Shown piece by piece: positions 37,494 to 45,436 of a stretch of 64,000 bases of DNA. Numbering within the stretch: position 1 is the stretch's first letter; each line of letters opens with the position of its first letter. The DNA lies in assembly GCA_964483955.1 (NCBI GenBank), contig CAZADM010000001.1, positions 20,719 to 84,718 of the forward strand, read 5' to 3'. The translations under genes were made by a program, and so were the position numbers. The notes under the pieces were generated by a model. The model was given only the letters and a program-made list of their open reading frames with translations. It did no database searches and was not told the DNA's origin. This DNA is from an uncultured Candidatus Saccharibacteria bacterium (GTDB lineage Bacteria > Patescibacteriota > Saccharimonadia > Saccharimonadales > Saccharimonadaceae).

Positions 37494-37570
37494 TGGTAGC
37501 AGCGACAGGAATTGAACCTGTGACCTCAAGCTTATGAGTCTTGCGCTCTAACCAACTGAGCTACGCTGCC
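37494..37570 (-). tRNA. Elongator tRNA-Met (CAT)
   Basis: GGCAGCGTAGCTCAGTTGGTTAGAGCG.....CTCATAA.....GGTCACAGGTTCAATTCCTGTCGCTGCTACCA. The D-arm and T-arm closely resemble E. coli elongator tRNA-Met. Confidence 0.8.
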
Positions 37571-37823
37571 ATAAATTACAGATATCATTCTATCAAATTT
37601 TATTCCATTTGGCTAGATAGGGACGTGAAAACGGCTGTTTATTTTGCTATACTAAGGGCGCCATATGATACACACCCCTGTCGCATAAAGTTGTGCGATA
37701 GGAAGGCGTCCCTCGTACACGGTCACTCATATCGTCTTCGGATCTCCCTATGCAAGAAACGAGCAGGGAGGAACGGGCGAACAATCCAATACGTTTCTCG
37801 ACTAATATAAACGAGGAATTATT

Positions 37824-38090
37824 ATGAATGACGAAATCTTTCTAAATGAACAAGTATCTGTCGTTGCGGTGTTTCGGCCGGGGCCGCAGCCATGCTTGCC
37901 TGTTAAATTTAAGCGTGCCAACGGTAAAGAGGTGCACGTCACAGAGCTGGGGCTGCGACATCCTGTTTCAAAAGGGGCAAAAACACTCCATATTTTTGAT
38001 GTGACTGACGGTGGTGCAGATTATAGGCTCGAGTTTGACAGCTATCATCTAACGTGGTGGCTGACTAGGGAGGCGGATCATTATGAGTAG
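37824..38090 (+). CDS. Small hypothetical protein, translationally coupled to dinB
   Basis: 88 aa, with an SD-like GAGGAA upstream. Its 3' end overlaps the dinB start by 8 nt. Confidence 0.5.
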   Translation: MNDEIFLNEQVSVVAVFRPGPQPCLPVKFKRANGKEVHVTELGLRHPVSKGAKTLHIFDVTDGGADYRLEFDSYHLTWWLTREADHYE

Positions 38091-39336
38091 TAGTCCGTTT
38101 CCGGGTCTTGGCAGTTATAATACTGAACGCCCAATGATTATGCACGTTGACCTCAACAGCTGCTTTGCGACAATTGAGCAGCAGTCTCGGCCGCAACTTC
38201 GAGGCCGTCCGGTGGCAATCGTGAATCGTCGTACGGAACATACGGCCATTGTGACAGCAAGCTACGAGGCAAAAGCGTGCGGTGTGACGGTGGGTATGAA
38301 GGTCAAGGAGGCACGACGCCTGTGTCCGGACATTATTGCATTAGAGGTTGACGCCCCGAAGTACCGCTTTGTGTATCATAAGCTCCTTGCCATTATGCAA
38401 AGTTACTCGGCCCATGTGGTGATGAAAAGTATTGATGAGGGAGTAATTGATTTTCATTACGCAGATGAGGCAACACAAGCCCGTGATCTTGTTGAGATTG
38501 GTCATGAAATCAAGCAACGCCTGAAAGATGAGGTGGGTGTGTGGATGCGGTGCAATATTGGGATTGCTCCTAACCGTTTTCTTGCAAAGACGGCGGCGGG
38601 TCTGCATAAACCAGACGGGCTTGATGTTATTACGGCCGATACACTTCGCGGCACGCTTGGGGACTTAAAGCTGACTGATCTGACGGGCATTGCACAGAAA
38701 AACAAAGCCCGCCTTGTGAGTGTTGGTATTATGACGCCACTTCAGTTTCTTGATGCAGATGTCGAGGTGCTTCGGAAGATCGTATTTAAGAGTGTTGTTG
38801 GTGAGTGGTGGTATATGCGGCTTCGCGGCTTCGATGTTGATGACAAGGAAACAACCATGCGACGTATTGGCAGGCAGTATGTTCTTGAGCAGTTTGATAT
38901 GACGCATGATGATATTTTGCAACGACTTCATCATCTTTGCGAGTCTGTTGGGGGTCGTCTCCGGTACAGTAAAAAATCTGCACGGGGTGTCTATGTATAC
39001 GCACGAACACGAAGCGGGGAGTACTGGCACGCATCGCATCTTTCGTCACTTCCTTTTTTTAGCGATGCTACACTATATGCTCATGCTGCTCGGCTGATAA
39101 AAGGTGTGCCGTCAGATATTCGTGAAATCGGTGTTCACTGTTATCAGTTGGGGCCGCATACGGTATCGCAGTTGAGTCTTTTTGCTGACGCAATGGCGCG
39201 CGATCAGAGTATTGCATCGACAATAGACACGATTAATATTCGGTTTGGGGTCCGGACTATCCATGCAGCAAGTACATTGCCAACAAATGCGTATATGCAC
39301 GAGCGTATCCCTTTTGGAAGTACACGATATTTATAG
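38083..39336 (+). CDS. dinB: Y-family DNA polymerase IV
   Basis: MHVDLNSCFATIEQQSRPQLRGRPVAIV, SIDEGVID, palm, finger and little-finger regions of appropriate length. Confidence 0.85.
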   Translation: MSSSPFPGLGSYNTERPMIMHVDLNSCFATIEQQSRPQLRGRPVAIVNRRTEHTAIVTASYEAKACGVTVGMKVKEARRLCPDIIALEVDAPKYRFVYHKLLAIMQSYSAHVVMKSIDEGVIDFHYADEATQARDLVEIGHEIKQRLKDEVGVWMRCNIGIAPNRFLAKTAAGLHKPDGLDVITADTLRGTLGDLKLTDLTGIAQKNKARLVSVGIMTPLQFLDADVEVLRKIVFKSVVGEWWYMRLRGFDVDDKETTMRRIGRQYVLEQFDMTHDDILQRLHHLCESVGGRLRYSKKSARGVYVYARTRSGEYWHASHLSSLPFFSDATLYAHAARLIKGVPSDIREIGVHCYQLGPHTVSQLSLFADAMARDQSIASTIDTINIRFGVRTIHAASTLPTNAYMHERIPFGSTRYL

Positions 39337-39623
39337 AAAATTATGGTAGTATATAACGTAAGCACCTCGTAGTATGCGGGGTGAAACAATTTGGCGTACC
39401 CACCTAAGGTCTTGATGTAAAGATACGGTGGAAAATCACACAAGAGAACTATGCTAAACCCGTCGTTTAGATACTCTTGTGTGTTGTATGGGGAAACTCA
39501 TGCAGAGTCATTTACTTGGCTCGTCTGGCGGCGGGTTCTGTGTATATCAACAGAAATCGCCCTCTGTAATGAATCTGTTATAATAAAGGAAACGACTGTA
39601 AACGAAACGGAGTTTCTTTTTTT

Positions 39624-40343
39624 ATGGCTGGACATAATAAATGGTCTAAGATTAAACGTGACAAAGGTGTAAACGACGCAAAACGCGGGGCTGTTTTTAC
39701 GCGTATTGGAAATCAAATTGCTATTGCTGCACGCGGTGGTATTGATCCAACAATGAACTCGGCACTTGCCCTTGCTATCGAAAAGGCAAAGCAGGCAAAT
39801 ATGCCAACGGCAAATATTCAGCGGGCGATTGATCGTGTTGCGGACAAGAATGCTGCTGCCCTTGAGGAAATTACCTATGAAGGAATGGGTCCTGGTGGTA
39901 TTGGTATTATTATCGAAACAGCAACTGACAATAAAAACCGTACATTCCCAGAGGTGCGTAATGCACTCTCTAAGAATGGCGGCCGCATTGCCGATGCTGG
40001 AAGCGTCATGTTTCAATTTACTCGCAAGGGTGTCCTTACTGTTGCGGCAACGGGTGAAGACGCACTTCTTACTATTCTTGACGCTGGTGCAGAAGATGCT
40101 ATTGAAGAAGATGACGAAATCACAGTTTACACCGAGCAGAAGGATCTTGCAAAAGTGCGACAGGAACTTGTTGACGCCGGGCTTTCTATTACGGGTGCAG
40201 AATTGCAGTACGTTCCACAGTCGACAATTCCTGTGACTGAAACGGAAGTTGCGGAAAAAATTATGAAGGTGCTTGATGCAATCGACGACCTTGACGATGT
40301 GACAAACGTTCACACTAATGCCGATATTCAGGTAGAAATTTAA
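39624..40343 (+). CDS. yebC: YebC/PmpR-family transcriptional regulator
   Basis: MAGHNKWSKIKRDKGVNDAKRGAVFTR..., MPTANIQRAI, YEGMGPGGIGIIIE. Confidence 0.9.
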   Translation: MAGHNKWSKIKRDKGVNDAKRGAVFTRIGNQIAIAARGGIDPTMNSALALAIEKAKQANMPTANIQRAIDRVADKNAAALEEITYEGMGPGGIGIIIETATDNKNRTFPEVRNALSKNGGRIADAGSVMFQFTRKGVLTVAATGEDALLTILDAGAEDAIEEDDEITVYTEQKDLAKVRQELVDAGLSITGAELQYVPQSTIPVTETEVAEKIMKVLDAIDDLDDVTNVHTNADIQVEI

Positions 40344-40364
40344 AATACTTTTGTGTAAATAAAA

Positions 40365-40396
40365 AAAGATCCCGGCATTTGGGGTCTTTTCTATTT
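40365..40396 (+). terminator. Rho-independent terminator after yebC
   Basis: Stem AAAGATCCC / GGGGTCTTT (one G:U pair) followed by a T-rich run. Confidence 0.65.
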
Positions 40397-40437
40397 AGTT
40401 AAGCGTCATTTTATATTGAGTTGGCATACTAATAGGT

Positions 40438-41952
40438 ATGCTGAAGAAAACAAGGAAACTATTAATGCTGGGAATAATGGTTTGCGCAGGTAGTGCGTAT
40501 GTAACCCCTACATACGCTTCTTCAGCTATCCTCCTACCGGGTGATACGCACGGTGTTATTATGACGCACATATACCCAGCAACAGAATCTGGTGCTACGC
40601 ACGAGCTTATCGCACTACTCAATACTACAGACGAACCAATAGATGTTTCCCAATGGTGTGCTCGTAATAAAAATAACCACTCACTATTTTGCTTTTCAAA
40701 TGAGGCGGGTGACACCTACGTTATTTCACCGCATCAGTCTGTTGTTATTGTCTCTGAAGACTACGCAGCAACCACTGCTACGAGTGATGATGTTGTATAT
40801 GATCATATATTTAGTGTTGCCAATAAATCAAGCGGTAGTCTTGTTGGTTCGAATGACACAGTGCAGCTTTATGACGAGATGGGCCGGCTTGTTGATGGGT
40901 GGTCATGGACGGCGACAGTACCAAAGGGCAATGGGTACATTCGCCACCTACCACACCTGGGCGAGGGCGAGGTATTGGCAGGGATACCTAGTTTTACCCC
41001 TGCACCTATCGTTCAGGTGTCTGGCGGTGGGCTTGTAAAGGAGGCGTCTCCAATTATTGAAGAGGAGGTTCCGTCGGATGACAGGGAACTTAAGAGTGCC
41101 AGTGTGTATATCTCGGAAATCTACCCCAATCCGGTTGGTGCAGATGGTGGTAATGAGTTTGTGGAGCTGGTGAATCAAGGCGATGTAGCGGTCTTGCTTG
41201 ACGCGTTTGCACTTCGTATTACGTCGGGCACTACTCGTAAGATACATTCATTTCCGAGCGGTGTAAGTATAGCCCCTGGGCAATACCTAGCGTTTAGTGA
41301 TACAGATATGAAGTACACGCTCAATAATTCCGCGGGTCAGGTAGAGCTGATCGACAGGTCTGTACTTGCTACTGGCGAGGTTATGGACGACGTTTCCTAT
41401 CAGGCACCAAAGGAAGCGGCATCATGGGCACTGTTTCTACTTGAACAGGATGCGGGTGTGGCATGGGAGTATACCTTAGAGCCAACACCAGGCGGTATAA
41501 ACGTACGCATGTCGCCCGACTCCGCCACGGCTCAGGCGAGCGATGATGAGCCAAAGCCTTGTGCTGACATGTACTACAGGAATCCTGAAACAGGTCGGTG
41601 TAAAAAGGTAGTAGTGGCATCTCTCCCAAGTCCTTGTAAAGAGGGGCAATACAGAAGCCCGGATACGGGTCGGTGTCGGAATATTGCCGCGGTAGCAAGC
41701 CCCACTCCATGCAAGCAGGGTCAAGAACGCAACCCCGAGACAAATAGATGCCGGAATAGTGTAAAGATGACCACAGTGGGTGACGGCACGGGCGTATCGA
41801 CAGTAAAAGAGGTGAGAGGTAGTATCGCATGGTATGCATGGGCGACGGTTGCTGCCGTTGTTGCCGGGGTGTTCAGCTATGCGGCCTGGGAGTGGAGGGT
41901 TGAGCTGCAGGGTGTATACAAGAAACTCTTTCGTAAAGGTGCCGATTCGTGA
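40438..41952 (+). CDS. Surface protein with two lamin-tail-like domains (LTD), a triple Cys-hairpin repeat and a C-terminal TM anchor
   Basis: Signal peptide. LTD hallmark ISEIYPNPVGADGGNEFVELVNQGDVAVLLDAFAL, plus a weaker N-terminal copy (THIYPATESGATHELIALLNTTDEPIDVSQW). Three copies of PC..G.YR.PeTgRCrN. TM is WATVAAVVAGVFSYAAW. Confidence 0.75.
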   Translation: MLKKTRKLLMLGIMVCAGSAYVTPTYASSAILLPGDTHGVIMTHIYPATESGATHELIALLNTTDEPIDVSQWCARNKNNHSLFCFSNEAGDTYVISPHQSVVIVSEDYAATTATSDDVVYDHIFSVANKSSGSLVGSNDTVQLYDEMGRLVDGWSWTATVPKGNGYIRHLPHLGEGEVLAGIPSFTPAPIVQVSGGGLVKEASPIIEEEVPSDDRELKSASVYISEIYPNPVGADGGNEFVELVNQGDVAVLLDAFALRITSGTTRKIHSFPSGVSIAPGQYLAFSDTDMKYTLNNSAGQVELIDRSVLATGEVMDDVSYQAPKEAASWALFLLEQDAGVAWEYTLEPTPGGINVRMSPDSATAQASDDEPKPCADMYYRNPETGRCKKVVVASLPSPCKEGQYRSPDTGRCRNIAAVASPTPCKQGQERNPETNRCRNSVKMTTVGDGTGVSTVKEVRGSIAWYAWATVAAVVAGVFSYAAWEWRVELQGVYKKLFRKGADS

Positions 41953-41971
41953 CGCACTCATCTGTTTAGCG

Positions 41972-41977
41972 TATACT
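41972..41977 (+). promoter_or_regulatory. -10 box TATACT 7 nt upstream of the ruvC ATG (candidate leaderless promoter)
   Basis: gcGTATACTAAAGGGAATGA. Nearly the same 18-mer precedes ruvA. Confidence 0.5.
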
Positions 41978-41984
41978 AAAGGGA

Positions 41985-42464
41985 ATGAGAATACTTGGTA
42001 TTGACCCTGGTACGGGAATTATGGGATTTGGTGTTATTGAAGTCACGGGGACGACACTTTCACTTGTCGACGCCGGAGTTATTACAACGCCAGCCCATAC
42101 ACCGCATGATGAGCGCCTTGAAGATATTTACCATAGCCTGGTTGAAATTATCACAACAACGAAACCTGATATGCTGTCAATTGAGAAGCTGTTTTTTATG
42201 CGGAATATCACCACTGCTATGTCTGTTGCTGAAGCACGAGGTGTCGCACTTTTGAGTGCACGTCTTCACTCGCTTCCGATTCATGAGTATACACCTATGC
42301 AAATTAAACAGACGGCAACGGGGTATGGCCGGGCGGATAAAAAGCAGGTTCAAGAGATGGTTCGGGTACATCTGAATCTTCGTGATGTGCCAAAACCGGA
42401 CGATTGTGCCGATGCATTGGCGGCTGCAATTACCCATGCGTATATGATGCGTTCAGCTCAGTAG
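41985..42464 (+). CDS. ruvC: Holliday-junction resolvase RuvC
   Basis: MRILGIDPGTGIMGFGVIE, ...LSIEKLFF.., DCADALAAAITHA. Confidence 0.9.
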   Translation: MRILGIDPGTGIMGFGVIEVTGTTLSLVDAGVITTPAHTPHDERLEDIYHSLVEIITTTKPDMLSIEKLFFMRNITTAMSVAEARGVALLSARLHSLPIHEYTPMQIKQTATGYGRADKKQVQEMVRVHLNLRDVPKPDDCADALAAAITHAYMMRSAQ

Positions 42465-43074
42465 TGAAAAACTCTTTCTTGATGACCGCCAGGAGCAGCA
42501 GTCTGTAATACATTGCCCTGTTGTTGTAGAGAGGGCTTATTTTCCAGGTGTGCATCCAGTCACCTCTGCGTCCATGAAGGAAGAAGCCAACGCTCGAGTA
42601 GCGGTCGTATTCCCAGTCAGAGTGGCGCGTATGGAGGAGTGTTGTTTCGTGGAGTGCAGTATGGGGGCCGGCAAGCGTACAGATACTCACCTTTAGTGTT
42701 GCACCTGGAGGGTTGTTGGGATGTTCATTTTGCTGAAATTCAATAAGACTATTAATAATCACTGCACAAAAGTTAGCTACGTCGGCGTATGACAAGGAAA
42801 ATAGCACAAAAGACATATCATCCGGAAGAATTGAGAAGGCAAGTAGGTCAATGTGTCGCGGAAGGCGTGCGTATACTGGATGGTCATTGTCGCCAATTTT
42901 GTATCGAAGCACATCTTGAAGTGTTGCGACAATACACGCTCGTTCGCTATTGGAATGAATAAAACGACGCGACCCCGATGCGGATGGGGATGTGACAATC
43001 TTTACCCGGTAATAGTGGGCGGTGTACTGATAATGATCTATAGAACTTCTCATAGATGTCATTATGCGATGCAA
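42430..43074 (-). CDS. IS200/REP-associated-tyrosine-transposase-like protein, apparently catalytically degenerate (HUH motif absent)
   Basis: Overall layout YYRVKI....IVATL...... ILPDDMSFVLFS (where PNHVHLL is expected) ...HTRHSDWEYDRYSSVGFF (where YIH.NP....W.wSS..y is expected). It is antisense between ruvC and ruvA and overlaps the ruvC 3' end by 35 nt. Confidence 0.45.
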   Translation of the reverse strand: MHRIMTSMRSSIDHYQYTAHYYRVKIVTSPSASGSRRFIHSNSERACIVATLQDVLRYKIGDNDHPVYARLPRHIDLLAFSILPDDMSFVLFSLSYADVANFCAVIINSLIEFQQNEHPNNPPGATLKVSICTLAGPHTALHETTLLHTRHSDWEYDRYSSVGFFLHGRRGDWMHTWKISPLYNNRAMYYRLLLLAVIKKEFFTTELNASYTHG

Positions 43075-43150
43075 AAATGAGATGGTAATAAAGTTTTTGC
43101 TTAAAGTACTAGTATTACTGGATCACTTCAGGTGTCCACTGCGAGGGTGG

Positions 43151-43156
43151 TATACT
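43151..43156 (+). promoter_or_regulatory. -10 box TATACT (TGGTATACT) 7 nt upstream of the ruvA ATG (candidate leaderless promoter)
   Basis: tgGTATACTAAGGGGAATGA. Confidence 0.5.
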
Positions 43157-43163
43157 AAGGGGA

Positions 43164-43739
43164 ATGATTGCACACGTAAAAGGCACAGTTGCTGAAAAAT
43201 TTGGAAACGCCATTATTGTTGATGTACAAGGGGTGGGATATGAAGTGCAGGTCTCTGGGCCCGACTTTGATGCAGCCCTTTTGCAAGAAGAGGTGAAGTT
43301 TTTCACTTATCATCATGTTCGCGAGCAGAGTCAGGAACTTTTTGGGTTCACCTCACTTGCGATCAAGAAGCTTTTTGAACTTCTTATTACAGTACAGGGT
43401 GTTGGGCCAAAGGCTGCACTCGCAATCCTCTCTATTAGTAACGGCGAGGACGCACGCAATGCAATTGCCCGCTCTGATAGTGCGTATATTGCAAAGGCTA
43501 CGGGGGTAGGAAAGAAGATTGCTGAGCGAGTTGTCGTTGACCTATCAGACAAAGTGGGTCTTCCGGTGACGTTTACGCAGGGTAATGCTATGCCTATAGC
43601 AACACCGGTGGACGATGAAGCACTCGAAGCACTTGTCGCACTTGGGTATACGCTCCAGGACGCAACGTTAGCACTTGAAAAGGTGCCAGTGGACCTGCCA
43701 ACATCAGAACGTGTCAGACGGGCATTGCAGGGAGCATAA
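43164..43739 (+). CDS. ruvA: Holliday-junction helicase subunit RuvA
   Basis: [30 protein letters not shown], HhH motifs ([25 protein letters not shown]) and the C-terminal domain III. Confidence 0.9.
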   Translation: MIAHVKGTVAEKFGNAIIVDVQGVGYEVQVSGPDFDAALLQEEVKFFTYHHVREQSQELFGFTSLAIKKLFELLITVQGVGPKAALAILSISNGEDARNAIARSDSAYIAKATGVGKKIAERVVVDLSDKVGLPVTFTQGNAMPIATPVDDEALEALVALGYTLQDATLALEKVPVDLPTSERVRRALQGA

Positions 43740-43740
43740 T

Positions 43741-44757
43741 ATGGCGATTGAGCGAATTGTTGACACGAGTGTTCATGAAGAGGATGGTGACGAGCAGCTT
43801 ATTGAAGTTTCCCTTCGACCGCAGACGTTTGCGGAATATGTTGGTCAAGAACGCCTCAAGACAAATCTCCAGCTTGCAATAGACGCTGCGAAAAAAAGAG
43901 ATGAAACGCTGGACCATATTCTCCTCTATGGTCCGCCAGGGCTTGGCAAGACGACCATGGCTTCTGTTGTCGCACGTGAAATGGGTGCTAATATCCGCAT
44001 TACAGCCGGCCCCGCCATAGAGCGTGCCGCGGATCTTGCGAGTATTTTAACTGGCTTGCAAGATGGTGACGTTCTTTTCATTGATGAGATACATCGTCTT
44101 AGTAGAACGGTTGAAGAGGTTCTTTATGCAGCGATGGAAGATTTTAAACTTGATATTATGATTGGCAAGGGTCCGGGTGCGCGAAGTGTACGGCTCGACC
44201 TCCCGAAGTTTACTATCATAGGCGCCACAACAAGAACTGGGTCACTTGCGGCACCACTTCGCGATCGGTTTGGTCATATTTATCGCCTTGAATTTTATAA
44301 GCCAGAAGAGATTGGTTCAATCATCTCTCGTGCCGCGTCAATTTTAGGAACCCGTATTGATACTGATGCCGCGGACATCCTCTCTACCCGTGCACGTCTT
44401 ACGCCCCGCATCGCAAACCGCCTCCTTAAGCGTGTTCGTGACTACGCCGATGTAAATGGGGACGGGTTTATTGACATTTCAATTACTACACAGGCACTTG
44501 AGCTCCTTGAGGTCGACGAGCTTGGGCTTGATGCGGGGGATCGACACCTCCTTGAGCGTATGATCGACGTGTATGGTGATAACCCTGTTGGGCTGACAAC
44601 GCTTGCTGCATTGACGGGTGATGAAACGGCAACAATTGAAGATTTCTATGAGCCGTACCTCCTGCAGATAGGATTGATCGAGCGCACACCTCGCGGCCGT
44701 CGTGCAACTCGTCGTGCTTTTTCTCATTTAGGGAAGACAGCAAAGGCCGATACTTGA
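43741..44757 (+). CDS. ruvB: Holliday-junction helicase RuvB
   Basis: [40 protein letters not shown]. The start is at the Met at 43741, 1 nt after the ruvA stop. Confidence 0.92.
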   Translation: MAIERIVDTSVHEEDGDEQLIEVSLRPQTFAEYVGQERLKTNLQLAIDAAKKRDETLDHILLYGPPGLGKTTMASVVAREMGANIRITAGPAIERAADLASILTGLQDGDVLFIDEIHRLSRTVEEVLYAAMEDFKLDIMIGKGPGARSVRLDLPKFTIIGATTRTGSLAAPLRDRFGHIYRLEFYKPEEIGSIISRAASILGTRIDTDAADILSTRARLTPRIANRLLKRVRDYADVNGDGFIDISITTQALELLEVDELGLDAGDRHLLERMIDVYGDNPVGLTTLAALTGDETATIEDFYEPYLLQIGLIERTPRGRRATRRAFSHLGKTAKADT

Positions 44758-44761
44758 TATA

Positions 44762-45436
44762 ATGGTCCGTATGGAAAATGAATCTTCACCACAAGGCCAG
44801 CCGACGGTTGTGCATGTTGCCCGCCCTCTTGATCCGCAACAGATTGAACTGACACCAGAGCAGCAAAAACGCCACGAGCGCTCACTTCGTTTATACCCAC
44901 ATGTCAATTTGAGTAAGGGTGAGTATGTTATGCGTGCTGTACGTCGGCACCCTATAGGGCTTGTACCGCCACTGGGGGCGGGCGTTGTGATGATCTCCCT
45001 TGCCCTCTCTGTGTTGGTGAATTATGACCAAATCATTACCTTTGTGCCAGTACTTGATACGTCAGGTGGCTTCCAGTCACTTCTGATGGTTGTCGTTGCA
45101 TTTGTCATTGCTGTTTCACTGGGCATGTTTATTGCGTATTATGTCTACACCCGCAATACGTTCTTTATGACAAACGAAAGCGTTATACAGGAAATACAGC
45201 ACAGCATTTTTTCTCATCAAGAACAGACCGTCAGTCTGGGCAATATTGAAGACGCGAGCTATACAAAGAAGGGTATTCTGCAGCAGATCTTTGACTACGG
45301 GGATATTCGTCTCAGTACTGAAGGTGATGAGACTACGTATCGATTTAGCTATGTTGCACACCCGAAAGGGCATATTGCACATCTTAATAATGCAATTGAG
45401 GCCTTTAAGAACGGGCGGCCAATTCCCGAAGATTAA
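44762..45436 (+). CDS. Membrane protein with a bacterial PH domain (YdbS/YdbT-like, bPH_2)
   Basis: GEYVMRAVRRHPIG, two TM helices, then FFMTNESVIQ...LGNIEDASYTKKGILQQIFDYGDIRLST. Confidence 0.65.
   Translation: MVRMENESSPQGQPTVVHVARPLDPQQIELTPEQQKRHERSLRLYPHVNLSKGEYVMRAVRRHPIGLVPPLGAGVVMISLALSVLVNYDQIITFVPVLDTSGGFQSLLMVVVAFVIAVSLGMFIAYYVYTRNTFFMTNESVIQEIQHSIFSHQEQTVSLGNIEDASYTKKGILQQIFDYGDIRLSTEGDETTYRFSYVAHPKGHIAHLNNAIEAFKNGRPIPED

Noticed and set aside
35392-37570. Considered calling the tRNA-Met-adjacent GH97 region a genomic island or mobile element.
   Set aside because: I saw no integrase, no direct repeat of the tRNA 3' end, and no visible compositional break. It is reported only as a low-confidence HGT question.
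37541-37810. An 89-aa plus-strand ORF starting inside tRNA-Met.
   Set aside because: It begins within the tRNA gene and runs through the putative structured leader. It has no SD and a Cys/Arg-rich composition. The region is better explained as tRNA, promoter and 5' leader.
39498-40313. A 271-aa minus-strand ORF, the longest unassigned ORF in the track.
   Set aside because: It lies entirely antisense to the well-conserved yebC gene. Its translation is Cys/Phe/Asn/Arg-rich, low-complexity and not protein-like, with no start signals. I treat it as a shadow ORF.
41381-41961. Minus-strand ORFs of 152 aa and 161 aa.
   Set aside because: They are antisense to the C-terminal repeat region of the LTD protein. 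Their composition (Pro/Arg/Cys/His-rich) is not protein-like.
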